The position numbers were made by a program, and so were the translations under genes. DNA of 64,000 nucleotides from Chloroflexota bacterium (GTDB lineage Bacteria > Chloroflexota > UBA11872 > VXOZ01), in assembly GCA_965221905.1 (NCBI GenBank), contig OZ244922.1, positions 192,001-256,000 on the forward strand, read 5' to 3'. This document shows, in pieces, positions 50,559-61,544 of this stretch. The notes under the pieces are model-generated. The model saw only the letters and a list, made by a program, of their open reading frames with translations. It had not been told where the DNA came from and made no database searches. Numbering within the stretch: the stretch's first letter is position 1; each line of letters opens with the position of its first letter.

Positions 50559-52469
50559 TTACAGCTTCTGTGCCTGGTAGAGGTCTTGAAAGAGGCCCGG
50601 CTGTGCGAGCAGCTCCTGAGGCGAACCTTCTTGGACCAATCTCCCTTCATCGAGCACGAGAATCCTGTCCGCGTGCATCACGGTGACCAGCCGATGCGCC
50701 ACCACCATAGTAGTCCGCCCCTGCCGTGCCGTCTCGAGGGCGTCTCTTACTTTCCGGTCGGTGAGCGCATCCAGGGCGGACGTCGCTTCGTCCAGCAAGA
50801 GAATGCGCGGCTGTTCGAGAATAGCCCGGCAGAGCGCTAGGCGCTGGCGTTCGCCACCCGAAAGCGCCAGGCCGCGCTCGCCGACTTGCGTATCATAGCC
50901 TTCCGGCAGCGTCTCAACGAAATCATGGAGTTGTGCCGCTTTGGCGGCTGCGATGACGCGCTCCCGCGACACCTCACGGGCAGGATACACGAGATTCGCG
51001 TAGATGCTGTCGTTCCAGAGGAAGACGTCCTGCGGCACGAGCCCGATCATCCCGCGCAGGTCTGTAAGCGGTAACGTGTCGATGGCCGTGCCGTCTACGC
51101 GAATTGCGCCCGAGCGAGGTTCGTAGAAGCGCAACAGGAGATCGATAATGGTGCTCTTGCCGCCGCCGCTCGGCCCAACGACACCGACAAAGCTACCGGG
51201 TTCGATCCGAAAAGACACGTCTTCCAGACCGAATCCGTCGCGTCCGTAATCGAAAGAGACATCGGCGAATTCTATGGCAACGCCGCTCGGATTGGCTGGG
51301 ATCTTAGCTGTTGCCGCTGGCCTAGTATCCGTTCGTGCTGAGCCTGTCGAAGTATGAACGGATGCTCCTGCGTCTCTCTCCAAGTGATGCTCCGTTTGGC
51401 CAATGGCTCTGGGGCTTTCTGGCGTTGCTTGCCCGGCCATTTCCTTGGCGAGAGGCAAACCGCGAACGGCGTCTTGCAAAATGGGTGGAGAAGTTTCAAA
51501 TGGCAGAGCGAGAAGAGAGTCAATGCGCCCTGCGGCGGCTTTGGCCTGGCCGGTGCTGATGTGGCCGTCCAAAATTCCTTCCAAAGCGAAATAGGCGCGC
51601 GGTACGTAGATGATGAAGGCCACCAGGCCGCCGATGCTCAGACGACCGTTAATTACCTCGTACGCGCCGTAGCCGTACACCAGTCCAACCGCGACGCTCT
51701 GGATTAGGTCCAGCGGGAGCGTCCGCGCTAGATTATGGAAGGTAATGCTCTTTGCCTTGATGCGCGAGTCTGCCTTGACCCAGTCCAGCCACCGCGCTTT
51801 TTCATACGGTTCCGCAGTGTAGGCGCGGATTGTACGTATCCCGGGAATCACGTCTTGTAGATAGCTCATGGCATATTCTCTGCTCTGGTGAAGTTCCCCA
51901 TCCAGAGTTTCCGCATGGCGCTGCATCCTTCGCGCAAAAAGGTAAGAGAGTGGAAAGGCTACCAGACTCACCAGCAGCAGGCGACCGTTGAGAAAGGACA
52001 TTACGCCCAACGTGCCGAGCAAGAGCACGGCGTTCGTGAACATGGGCAACAATTCATTGCTCACGTATACCTCGCCAATCTCGCCGCAGACTTTCGTAAT
52101 CGTCCGAATGATGCGTCCGCTTGCAACGCGCTCCAGGTCTTGCATGCGCACGTACATGATGTGATTGAAGAGCGCCTGCCGGAGCGATTGGGAGACCGCT
52201 TCGCCAATGCTGGCGCGCAGATAGTTCTGCACTGCCCCCAGCGCCATGGCGATCAGCGGAAAGGCAATGATGCCGACAAGCAGCAGCACGATCAGCGCGA
52301 CATCCTGTGCCGAAATCGCGTCGTCGATCAGACGCTTGACGAGCAGCGGCGAGACCAGGCTCACGCCGGTGCTCACGATGACGAGCGCAATGATGCCCGC
52401 GATGAGGTGCATGTGCGCGCGCAGTTGCCGCGTAACAACGTGGTAGGTCGTGCGGTTTGGTCCGGTCAT
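50559..52469 (-). CDS. ABC exporter, fused permease/ATPase (MsbA/MdlB-like)
   Basis: N-terminal TM domain; GPSGGGKST, LSGGERQR, LLDEATS; GGAGG ribosome site. Confidence 0.92.
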   Translation of the reverse strand: MTGPNRTTYHVVTRQLRAHMHLIAGIIALVIVSTGVSLVSPLLVKRLIDDAISAQDVALIVLLLVGIIAFPLIAMALGAVQNYLRASIGEAVSQSLRQALFNHIMYVRMQDLERVASGRIIRTITKVCGEIGEVYVSNELLPMFTNAVLLLGTLGVMSFLNGRLLLVSLVAFPLSYLFARRMQRHAETLDGELHQSREYAMSYLQDVIPGIRTIRAYTAEPYEKARWLDWVKADSRIKAKSITFHNLARTLPLDLIQSVAVGLVYGYGAYEVINGRLSIGGLVAFIIYVPRAYFALEGILDGHISTGQAKAAAGRIDSLLALPFETSPPILQDAVRGLPLAKEMAGQATPESPRAIGQTEHHLERDAGASVHTSTGSARTDTRPAATAKIPANPSGVAIEFADVSFDYGRDGFGLEDVSFRIEPGSFVGVVGPSGGGKSTIIDLLLRFYEPRSGAIRVDGTAIDTLPLTDLRGMIGLVPQDVFLWNDSIYANLVYPAREVSRERVIAAAKAAQLHDFVETLPEGYDTQVGERGLALSGGERQRLALCRAILEQPRILLLDEATSALDALTDRKVRDALETARQGRTTMVVAHRLVTVMHADRILVLDEGRLVQEGSPQELLAQPGLFQDLYQAQKL

Positions 52470-52754
52470 TCTACCTCCAGCTTATGGATGCAAAGCCCCA
52501 CCTGGATCCGACTTCCCCGGCAGCAAAGCAGCGCTCGCATTGGTAGCAAGAGCGAAGCACTGGGCAGCTGGGTGCGGCAGGCGGGTGCGTAGTTTACCAA
52601 ACCGCAAGTATACCTTCTTGGCAAATTCAGTAAAGAAGCCCACCCAAATACACCGTTCTTGCGGCAAATGTGTACGCTAACCGTCAAGATGGTATACTGT
52701 TAACACGAATGAGATAGGCTGTAGTGCAGCACGAATCCGAGTCTGATAAATGCC

Positions 52755-52792
52755 GAGACACCCAGGTTACAGACCTGGGTGTCTCTTTGTTT
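52755..52792 (+). terminator. Intrinsic terminator-like hairpin with no upstream gene on this strand
   Basis: GAGACACCCAGGT-TACAG-ACCTGGGTGTCTC followed by TTTGTTT. Confidence 0.65.
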
Positions 52793-53240
52793 GTGCAAAG
52801 AGGCATGCTCTCAAGATTCACTTCAAAAACTAGAACCGTAGCGCGGGGGCTTGTCCCCCGCCTCTTAACAATAGGAGAAAGATGCCGGCACAGGGGGATG
52901 CCCTTGAAGCGAGCGTCTATTCAGTCTACTTGCGTCGTGCGGTTGCCCTAGCCCTGCGCTCTATTCAGGCGTTCATTCATTGCGTGGGCACGCAAGATGG
53001 GGCGGTCATTGCGGTGGCACACTGTTCGCTTAGGGGGGAGTGAGTGAATAGAGTTTCCGTTCGTCCTGAGCTTGTCGAAGGGTCAAAGGATGAACGGAAA
53101 CTGGGCTTTGAGGTGATTAATTGCAGACTGGTTCTTTGGGTGTGTTCGCTTCCGCCATTTGTGTGAGCTTTGCCTGTGCTAGGATTGTCGAATGGCCGAA
53201 CCACGAAAGCAGATTGGCCATAAGCTCTTCACACACGCTC

Positions 53241-53591
53241 TTAAGTATCGGAAGCTGATGCTGCTGATACTTCGTTCGGCGTTTCAGGATACACCGCATC
53301 GGCCAGCACATAGTCTCTCCAGTGCGGCTTGAGGCTGCGGAACGTTGTGACGTCCACGCGCCTCCCAAAGAGCTCCTCTAAGAAGAAGCACAGGTCCATG
53401 TATCCCTCTAGCGTCAGCTTCTCGTCGGCCAGTTCGACCAGCACGTCCACGTCGCTCTCTGCAGTCGCCTCGTTGCGAGCGACCGACCCATAGAGCGCTA
53501 TCTTCTGTACGCCAAGACGCTTAAGCTGCTCGTGATTTGCTTCGAGCATGCGCAGAGCTTGTGATCTTGTTAGTGGAATTGGCGGCGGCAT
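53241..53591 (-). CDS. Minimal nucleotidyltransferase (MNT) antitoxin-like protein
   Basis: LYGSVARNE...SDVDVLV, LEELFGRRVDV. Confidence 0.88.
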   Translation of the reverse strand: MPPPIPLTRSQALRMLEANHEQLKRLGVQKIALYGSVARNEATAESDVDVLVELADEKLTLEGYMDLCFFLEELFGRRVDVTTFRSLKPHWRDYVLADAVYPETPNEVSAASASDT

Positions 53592-54127
53592 CGCCGTGAC
53601 CGATCCTCACTTGGTTTGATGTAGGTTGCCAAATTGCCCTTCAAAAGGGCGCCAAACAGTCGGTCATTCCTGTAAGTGTCAGGTAATTCGTTGACAGAAT
53701 GGGAACATGAAACAACAAGAGATGATGCCCTCGAATCGGCTGCCATACACATTAGGTTGTACTGTCACGAGAAGTGATAGCTCATGCATCAAAGACCAAC
53801 ATGGTAGGCGGCACGAGAATCGTCACTCCGGCGAAAAGCCTGCCCCGTACTTGATACGGGGCCGGAGTCCAGGGGGTGCGGTGAAGATGGATTCCGGCTT
53901 GCGCCGGAATGACGGAGTTGAACGCCATCTACCTGCCATGGTTTCAATTGGACTTATGAAACTGTCAACGAATTAGTCAACACACTTACAATTCCCGCGC
54001 AAGCGGGATTCCATCTTCACCGCATAAGATAGACTCCCGCTTTCGCGGGCGTGACGGATTGACAAGCTTCTGTGATTTCCCTGTGGATATCTGTAAGAGT
54101 GGCAGCAGGCTCCGTAGACATTACCCA

Positions 54128-57100
54128 TTACCTCTGCGATCCCACGAGCACCTTGGATTCCAGCAGCACTTCTAAGAGCGTTTCCAATCCGTCGCGCCAT
54201 TTCTCTTCCTGGCGGCCCACGTGCCAGCGCACCACGTTGCGGGTCAGGCGCACGTCGGAGCCGAACTCCTTGAATATGCGCATGCGGTCGAAGACGCGTT
54301 CATCCCGGAAGCGGATGACGAGCACATCATCTTCGAAGGCCAGCGAGAGAATGCCGTTCTCCGCCGCCCGCGCGCGCAGCCGCAGCAGCGCCAAAAGATT
54401 CTTTACCGCCGGTGGCGGCGGGCCAAACCGGTCGCGGAGCTCTTCGGCGAAAGACTCGGTCTCTTCACGTCCCTTCAGCGCTGCCGCCCGTTGGTAGAGC
54501 TTCATCTTGGCGCCGACACCGCCCACGTATTCGTCGGGTATGTAAGCGGCAAGCGGAAGGTCCACCACGGTCTCCAACGCCTGCTCCGGCGGTAGATCCA
54601 CCTCGGGTTGCCGGCCGAGCATGGACTGCACCGTTTGCTGGAGCATTTTGGTGTAGAGGTTGAGGCCCACGGCGTTTACGAAGCCATGCTGTTCGGAACC
54701 CAGCAAGTTACCCGCGCCGCGAATCTCCAGGTCACGCAGCGCAATCTTGAAGCCCGCACCCAACTCCGTAGCTTCCATGATGGCATCCAGGCGTTTCTCA
54801 GCCTCTTCCGTGAGCTGCTTCAACGGGTTATAGAGAAAATAGGAATAGGCTTGCACGTCGGCGCGGCCAACTCGCCCACGCAATTGGTAGAGTTGCGCCA
54901 GCCCAAAGCGCCAGGCGTCGTTCACGATGAGCGTATTCACACGGGGAATGTCCAGACCGTTTTCGATAATGGTCGTGCTGACCAGGATGTCGAACTCGCC
55001 CTGCACGAAGGCGTGCATCACCTTCTCCAGGCGGTCCGATTCCATCTGGCCGTGGCCGACGGTAACACGCGCCGTCGGCACCAGTTCGCGCACGTGGTAC
55101 GCCAGCGAATAAATCGTCTCGATGTCGTTGTGCACCATGAAGACCTGTCCGCCGCGATTGAGTTCACGTTGGATGGCGTCTTTGACCAGATCGTCGTTGA
55201 ACGTGGTGACGTAGGTCTTGACTGCTAGGCGGTTGGGTGGCGGCGTCTCGATGACGCTGAGGTCGCGAATGCCTGCCAGCGCCATGTGCAGGGTGCGCGG
55301 AATGGGCGTGGCGGAGAGCGCAATCACGTCCACCTGCTTGCGCAGTTGCTTGAAGTGCTCTTTCTGAGCCACGCCGAACCGTTGCTCCTCGTCGACGATG
55401 ACGAGCCCGAGGTCTTTGAATTGTACGTCCTTGGAGAGCAAGCGGTGGGTGCCGACGGCAATATCAAGCGTGCCTGCGCTGAGGTCCGCCAGATGTTTCT
55501 GGATCTCTTTCGGCGTGCGAAAGCGACTCACCAGACCAACGCGCACCGGAAACGGCCGCAGGCGGCTGCTCAACGTCTCGTAGTGCTGGAGTGCGAGCAC
55601 GGTGGTGGGCACTAGCACGGCGACTTGCTTGCCGTCCGCGACCGCTTTGAAAGCGGCCCGAATTGCCACCTCGGTCTTGCCGAAGCCCACGTCGCCGCAG
55701 ATGAGCCGGTCCGTGGGACGCGGCTGCTCCATGTCGTCCTTCACGTCGGCAATTGCTTTCTCCTGGTCCGGTGTCTCGGCGTAGGGGAAGGCCTGTTCGA
55801 GCTGTCTCTGCCAGTCGGTGTCGGCGGCAAAGGCATGCCCCGGTTCGGACTCGCGGGCGACGGCGATGTCAACGAGGTCTTGCGCCATGTCCACGACCGA
55901 TTGCTGCGCGCGTTGCTTGGCGCGTTGCCACTCCTGGGTGCCCAAGCGTGAGAGTGTCGGCACGCGTTCGCCCATGCCGACATACTTTTCCACCCGGTCC
56001 ATGTGGTCGGTGGGAACGTAGATGCGGTCGTCGCGGGCGAATTCCAGCACCAGGTACTCGCGCTCGCCGGAGGGGCCGGGCATGCGACTTATGCCTGAGA
56101 AACGTCCAATGCCGTGGTCGACGTGGACAACGTGATCGCCAACCTGGAGTTCATCCAAGAGCCGCTGGCCGCGCACGGAGGGCCGCAGGCGTGCGGCAGT
56201 TGGCGGCCGCTTCCAACCGAAGATTTCAGCATCCGAGAGCACGAGCAGTCCCGCTTGCTCGCAGTGCAGACCTTCCGCCAAGGCGAGCGGCAGGACGCTA
56301 GTACTGCCCGCGGGCGGTGGCGCTGGAAGCGCGGAGTGCACGGTGGGTCTGAGATCGTATTCCAGGAGAATCTCTGTCACGCGCTCCACCTGGGTCGTTG
56401 CCAAGACGACGCGCATCCCCTGCTCGCTGAAGCGCTCAATGCCTTTGGCAAGCCGCCCCGGACGGCCGGCATATGTGGGCAGCAAGTCAAGTCCGTCACT
56501 TTCGCCGTCAGCCTGGTTGCGCATATCCAGCACGGCGTACGCGCTCGTCTGCTCCTGAACTGTAGCGGCGGCATGGTAGGACTCCGGCCAGTCGGCGGAG
56601 AGTTCGCCGCCCGCAACCAGTCGACTCTTTCGTTCAGCGGTCTGCGTTTCCAGGGCGTGGGCAACGTCCTGCAAGTGCTCTGTGTCTTCCGCGAGCACCA
56701 GGCCGTGCGGCAGGAAGTGGAGCAGGTTGTGATTGAGAAAGGGCATGGCGTAGAACGAGGCGTGCTCGAAGTATACGCCCTCTTCCAGGAGGCGAAGATG
56801 GCGCTGCCACTGTTCGCGCACTTCCCGCCGCAGGCCGCTGTGGTCGAGCCCGCGGACTGCGGCAGCGAATTCGGTGCTGCGCCAAGTGGGTACTTCATTG
56901 GCGGGGAGGATAGCGAGCGAAGTATGTTGGGCCGTGCTGCGCTGGGTAGACACGTTGAAGGGGCGTACCGAATCGATCTCGTCGCCAAAGAATTCGATGC
57001 GAATGGGCTGGTCTTCCGAGGGTGGGAAAATGTCCACGATGCCACCGCGGCCGGTGAAAGTACCGGGCTCTTCTACTTGCGGCATGGGTTCATAGCCGAA

Positions 57101-57622
57101 TCGGAGAAGACGGTTCTTGAGCGCCGCCGGATCGGTGCGCTGGCCCGGCGCGAGCACGAGCACGTGTTCACTTAACTCCGCTGGGGACGGCAGCCGCTCG
57201 AACAACGCCCGCACAGAGGTAACGACTACCGGGTAGTCTCCAGACGGCAACGTTGCGTTCTGCCCCGCCAGCAAAGCGCCGAGCACCGCAATGCGCGCGC
57301 TGAGCGTAGTGGAAAAGTGAGGCAGGTTTTCGTACGGCAGGTAGTCAAGCTCCGGGTAGAAGAGCACATTTGCCGCTTGCGGCGACCACGAGCAGAGCTC
57401 CTGGTGGAAGCGGTACGCGCGGTCGCGGTCGGCACAGAGAATGAGCAGCGGCTGCGTCGCCTGTTGCTGGGCCACGGCAGCCAGCACGGGACGCGCCCCC
57501 GCGCGTGCGGCTACCTGCTGCGATTGTTGCGCACTCGTCCAGCGCTGTGCCGCCTCCGCCCATGGCAGAGGGGCGAGGAGCGCCCGAATGCCGTCAAGAT
57601 TCATTTGCAATGTTTCCTGCAT
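54128..57622 (-). CDS. mfd: Transcription-repair coupling factor
   Basis: [57 protein letters not shown]. Confidence 0.98.
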   Translation of the reverse strand: MQETLQMNLDGIRALLAPLPWAEAAQRWTSAQQSQQVAARAGARPVLAAVAQQQATQPLLILCADRDRAYRFHQELCSWSPQAANVLFYPELDYLPYENLPHFSTTLSARIAVLGALLAGQNATLPSGDYPVVVTSVRALFERLPSPAELSEHVLVLAPGQRTDPAALKNRLLRFGYEPMPQVEEPGTFTGRGGIVDIFPPSEDQPIRIEFFGDEIDSVRPFNVSTQRSTAQHTSLAILPANEVPTWRSTEFAAAVRGLDHSGLRREVREQWQRHLRLLEEGVYFEHASFYAMPFLNHNLLHFLPHGLVLAEDTEHLQDVAHALETQTAERKSRLVAGGELSADWPESYHAAATVQEQTSAYAVLDMRNQADGESDGLDLLPTYAGRPGRLAKGIERFSEQGMRVVLATTQVERVTEILLEYDLRPTVHSALPAPPPAGSTSVLPLALAEGLHCEQAGLLVLSDAEIFGWKRPPTAARLRPSVRGQRLLDELQVGDHVVHVDHGIGRFSGISRMPGPSGEREYLVLEFARDDRIYVPTDHMDRVEKYVGMGERVPTLSRLGTQEWQRAKQRAQQSVVDMAQDLVDIAVARESEPGHAFAADTDWQRQLEQAFPYAETPDQEKAIADVKDDMEQPRPTDRLICGDVGFGKTEVAIRAAFKAVADGKQVAVLVPTTVLALQHYETLSSRLRPFPVRVGLVSRFRTPKEIQKHLADLSAGTLDIAVGTHRLLSKDVQFKDLGLVIVDEEQRFGVAQKEHFKQLRKQVDVIALSATPIPRTLHMALAGIRDLSVIETPPPNRLAVKTYVTTFNDDLVKDAIQRELNRGGQVFMVHNDIETIYSLAYHVRELVPTARVTVGHGQMESDRLEKVMHAFVQGEFDILVSTTIIENGLDIPRVNTLIVNDAWRFGLAQLYQLRGRVGRADVQAYSYFLYNPLKQLTEEAEKRLDAIMEATELGAGFKIALRDLEIRGAGNLLGSEQHGFVNAVGLNLYTKMLQQTVQSMLGRQPEVDLPPEQALETVVDLPLAAYIPDEYVGGVGAKMKLYQRAAALKGREETESFAEELRDRFGPPPPAVKNLLALLRLRARAAENGILSLAFEDDVLVIRFRDERVFDRMRIFKEFGSDVRLTRNVVRWHVGRQEEKWRDGLETLLEVLLESKVLVGSQR

Positions 57623-57842
57623 TCATGCGTTGTTCCTATGCAAGCCTCGAAAGCCTGTCGGAATTGAAGAGGATTCGTAGAGGCACTTAAATGTCATTTC
57701 GAGTGCAGCGAGAAATCTAGGAATGTTCGATCTCAACTCAATGTTCTTGCGTTCCATAGGGTGGAGGGGCAAAGGGACATTCGATTATAGGTGATTTACC
57801 GCTTAAGTGCCACTGCCATCTCGTCGTTACCGGGGCGGCAGA

Positions 57843-58496
57843 CTACGCCTCCGGCGGCGCTACTGGCTGCGGCTCATTACTAATGCATGGCTCAGCGGCT
57901 GCCTTCGCGCGGCTGTTGAAGCGCGTCATGGTCCTTTCTAACCCCTCGGAAACAAGGCTCAACGCAGCATCAACGCCCTGTTCAATCGTCTTTTCTATCG
58001 CAGGCTGCTCATCCGGCAAGAAGTCGCTGAGCACGTAGTCAATTGGGTCCATGCCGCCCGGCGGACGACCCACGCCGATGCGCAGGCGCGGAAATGTGCG
58101 GGTACCGAGCGCTTCTATCACCGATTCCACTCCGCGATGTCCGCCGTGGCTGCCGCCGGCGCGGATGCGCAGCCGGGCGAATTCCAGGTCTATGTCGTCG
58201 TAGACCACTGCAACGTTTTCAGAAGGAATCTTGTAGTAGTTTGCGGCCTTGGCTACGGCCGCGCCGCTGGCATTCATGAACGTGGTCGGTTTCAGCAGGA
58301 GCATTGCTCGCTGCCCGACGACTGCCCGCCCAAACCGCCCATTAAAACGCTGGTCCGTGATGGACACGCCGGTTTTCGCCGCGAGCCGGTCGAGCACGTG
58401 AAAGCCGACATTGTGGCGGTTTGCGGTGTATTTCTTCTCTGGATTGCCCAGCCCGACGATGAGCCAGCGGGTGGGATCTTCCGGTGTACGATTCAT
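57843..58496 (-). CDS. pth: Peptidyl-tRNA hydrolase
   Basis: LIVGLGNP, RHNVGF, KPTTFMNASG, RLRIGVGRP. Confidence 0.97.
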   Translation of the reverse strand: MNRTPEDPTRWLIVGLGNPEKKYTANRHNVGFHVLDRLAAKTGVSITDQRFNGRFGRAVVGQRAMLLLKPTTFMNASGAAVAKAANYYKIPSENVAVVYDDIDLEFARLRIRAGGSHGGHRGVESVIEALGTRTFPRLRIGVGRPPGGMDPIDYVLSDFLPDEQPAIEKTIEQGVDAALSLVSEGLERTMTRFNSRAKAAAEPCISNEPQPVAPPEA

Positions 58497-58671
58497 TTGA
58501 GTACCTGGATCAATGGTTCATCATCCTTGTTTTGACGAGTCCCTCACCCCCGTATCGAGTACGGGGCAGGCTCTAATCCTCTCCCTTGGGAGAGGGAACC
58601 GGAAGCCGTAGCGCGGGGGCTTGTCCACCGCTGTTTTGCCCCACCAATACACACCATCTCGAGCACGAAAT

Positions 58672-59565
58672 TCAGCTTCCAATGAGCAGGCCGTCGGCGC
58701 GCACGGCCTGATAGAGAGCAAACCATTCGTCGAGCGAAAGTTCCTGCGGTCGGCACTGCGGGGCAATGTCGGCTTCTGTGAGAAGCTCGCGCATGTGGTC
58801 GTCCTCGATGCGCAGAATTGACCGCACGGAATTGTGCACCTGCTTGCGTCGCTGGGAGAAGCCTGCGCGCGCCAGCCGCAATACGCCCTCTATCGCCTCT
58901 GCCGGGAAGTACGGCTGCTGGCGTTTGACCAATTCCACCACGGTGGAGTCCACCTTCGGCGGCGGAAAGAACGCTTGCGCAGGAACGGCGAGCAAGTGCC
59001 TAGCCTCCGCATAGGTCTGCATGAGCAGGGAGAGGTAGCTCATCTCGCCCGGCGCCGCGCAGACCCGCGCCGCGACTTCGCGTTGCAGCATCACGACCAT
59101 GCGCTGCGGGCCGAACGGATGCGCCGCCAGACGCCGCATCACGGGGGTTGCAACGCTGTACGGCAAGTTCGCCGCCAGCATGTACGGCGTCTCTCCAAAG
59201 TATGGATACGGATCGAACGCGACGGCATCCTGGTGCACCGTTTCGACATTCGTATGAAACGCGAGGGTGGAATCCAGGACCTCCAGCATGCGCGCGTCGA
59301 TCTCCACGGTCACCACACGTTGCGCCACCGCCGCCAGGCAGACGGTCAGGCTGCCGAGACCGGGCCCAATCTCCAAGATCCGGTCGTGGTCCGTACACTG
59401 CACGTGGTGCATGATACTGCGCAGCACTGCGGGGTCGGCCAGCATATGTTGGCCCAGTTTGCGGCTTAGGCGCAAGTCCACGCGCCGCAGCAACGCCCGC
59501 ATCGTGCTCGGTTTGCACAAGTCACGCGCCTGTGCAGGGAAGGATTCAACTTTGGAGTCAAGCAT
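58672..59565 (-). CDS. rsmA: 16S rRNA adenine dimethyltransferase
   Basis: LGQHML, LEIGPGLGSLT, ANLPY, MLQREVA, FFPPPKVDS. Confidence 0.96.
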   Translation of the reverse strand: MLDSKVESFPAQARDLCKPSTMRALLRRVDLRLSRKLGQHMLADPAVLRSIMHHVQCTDHDRILEIGPGLGSLTVCLAAVAQRVVTVEIDARMLEVLDSTLAFHTNVETVHQDAVAFDPYPYFGETPYMLAANLPYSVATPVMRRLAAHPFGPQRMVVMLQREVAARVCAAPGEMSYLSLLMQTYAEARHLLAVPAQAFFPPPKVDSTVVELVKRQQPYFPAEAIEGVLRLARAGFSQRRKQVHNSVRSILRIEDDHMRELLTEADIAPQCRPQELSLDEWFALYQAVRADGLLIGS

Positions 59566-59726
59566 CTCTCGGCCCTAAGTGGTAAGTAGCACCCGGTAGC
59601 GCAGGTTTGTAACCTGCGTCGTGCTGGTTATGATGTGGTGCATGGTGCCTATAGTGCAGAACGCCCCTAGTTCTTATAATACCGTAGAGAGCTTAAGGGC
59701 ATGACTAACGACTAAGGAGTGAAACC

Positions 59727-60449
59727 ATGCGGGTGATGGCAATTGGCGCACATCCTGACGACATCGAGCTGCTCTGCGCGGGTACGCTGGCCAAATACGC
59801 GCAGCAGGGACATCAGGTGACAATGTGCTACGTGTGCAACGGCGGTTTGGGTCACGTGGAGATCATGCCGCCCGAACTGAAAGAGGTGCGCAAGCAAGAG
59901 TCGATAGACAGCGCCAACGTGATCGGCGCAGACTTTCAATGGCTCGACATCGATGACGCCGACGTGCGCCAGAGCACGAACGAGGCGATTGCGCGCTTGA
60001 TCGATGCGGTGCGCGAGGCCCAGCCGGACGTAATCATCACTCACTCGCCTAACGACTATATGGACGATCATCGTCTGGTGGGCGAGTTGGTGCTGAAAGC
60101 GAGCTTCGACGCCACGATTCCCCATCTGGTCTCGAATCAGGACAAACCGGCGCAGCTCGTGCCCATGTTCTACATGGATACCCTGATGGGCGTCGACTTT
60201 CTGCCGGAAATGTGGGTGGATATCAGCGATACCATCGAAACCAAGCGACAGATGCTGGCTTGCCACGAGAGCCAGTACGCGTGGCTGAAGGAGCACGACA
60301 ACATCGACTACATCGATTCTATGGTCACGGTGGCAAAGTATCGCGGCCTGCAGGTCGGCACGCCCTACGCCGAAGGGTTCCGCCAAGTGCGCGTCTGGGG
60401 CCGCACAACCACCGTGCCCCTACTGCCGACAGACATCGCCCGGGGGTAG
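59727..60449 (+). CDS. PIG-L family deacetylase
   Basis: IGAHPDDIE, DYMDDH, CHESQ, YAEGF. Confidence 0.92.
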   Translation: MRVMAIGAHPDDIELLCAGTLAKYAQQGHQVTMCYVCNGGLGHVEIMPPELKEVRKQESIDSANVIGADFQWLDIDDADVRQSTNEAIARLIDAVREAQPDVIITHSPNDYMDDHRLVGELVLKASFDATIPHLVSNQDKPAQLVPMFYMDTLMGVDFLPEMWVDISDTIETKRQMLACHESQYAWLKEHDNIDYIDSMVTVAKYRGLQVGTPYAEGFRQVRVWGRTTTVPLLPTDIARG

Positions 60450-60637
60450 TGATGTGTTAGGTCTTGAGCCATCAATGAGGTAGCTGAGGGTATTTGAGAA
60501 CTTGATTCGCAGTTCCCAACACAATCGAAACTGAAGTGTCGAGTGCTACTGGTGATTGGTAGTCAGGGCGAGATGTCGCGTATGGTGTCCGGATTATTGC
60601 GCTGACAGCACTGCTGCAGTTGTAGCCGGGGCAAACA

Positions 60638-60892
60638 TCACGGTTTGACAGAACTAGCCAAGGCTTCCACCCTGTTTGCAATGTCGCAACCGGAGGTGGG
60701 TGGTGGGAGCGGCTTGCCGTCGATCCGATAGAGATGAATTACCTCGTCTACGATCTGGCAAAGCTCTGCGAACACTTGCCGCTCGTCCCCTCCATGACAC
60801 CCACCGTATAGCAGGCCCGGAGCGCTGCCCACGTAACACTGATCGTCCTCGGACCATTCGACGACTTTGGCGTACCGAGCACTATCTTTCAC
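60638..60892 (-). CDS. hicB: HicB-like antitoxin
   Basis: VEWSEDDQCYVG..PGL, GKPLP; overlaps hicA. Confidence 0.8.
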   Translation of the reverse strand: MKDSARYAKVVEWSEDDQCYVGSAPGLLYGGCHGGDERQVFAELCQIVDEVIHLYRIDGKPLPPPTSGCDIANRVEALASSVKP

Positions 60893-61085
60893 TCCCGGCC
60901 TCCTTGAGCGCGGCCCTTACAGCGCGAACCTGGTAGCTCTTGGCATCGCTACCCGGATTGCCCGATAATGTAACGGGTCTTACCACCCTTCGATGCACAA
61001 AGTTTCGATGGCTCCCACGTCCACCTCGATTTACAAACCCTGCTCGTTCCAAGTCAGCGATCAACTCGCGAACTTTGGGCGGCAA
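60882..61085 (-). CDS. hicA: HicA toxin
   Basis: LERAGF..RGGRGSH motif, 67 aa. Confidence 0.88.
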   Translation of the reverse strand: MPPKVRELIADLERAGFVNRGGRGSHRNFVHRRVVRPVTLSGNPGSDAKSYQVRAVRAALKEAGSER

Positions 61086-61127
61086 AGCTAATCCTCTTTT
61101 GCAGAAGTCACGAGGCGATCAGGGAAA

Positions 61128-61201
61128 TGGCTGGGGAACCAGGATTCGAACCTGGACTTATGGATCCAGAATCCACTGTCCTACCATTAGACGATTCCCC
61201 A
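61128..61201 (-). tRNA. tRNA-Gln(CTG)
   Basis: TGGGGAA...GTGGA-TTCTGGA-TCCAT...GGTTCGAATCC...GCCA on the minus strand. Confidence 0.97.
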
Positions 61202-61544
61202 AGGCGGTCGCCGCATGCGCGACCAATTTCATGGTACTAAGCGGCTCTGACTCGCGTCAACCGTTGGCGGGGCGCCGTGCTCTGCAGTTGTCCGTCCCAC
61301 GAGAGCCCTCAGTACCTTGCCATCAAGAGCGACAGGCAGAGCGGCATGCTAGTTCCCTCACATTGTCCGCGGCGACAAGGAACCGAACACTGCGATGCCC
61401 GCTCTTTCCGGTAGCGCAGGTTTGAAACCTGCGGCCATGACATGCAGTCACGTACGACGGCTCGTACGTCGGCCATGCGGTGTACGCTGGTTGCAAGTTT
61501 GGTGCCGCGTTATACGTTACTCGAATGCGACGAGTGGACAAGCC

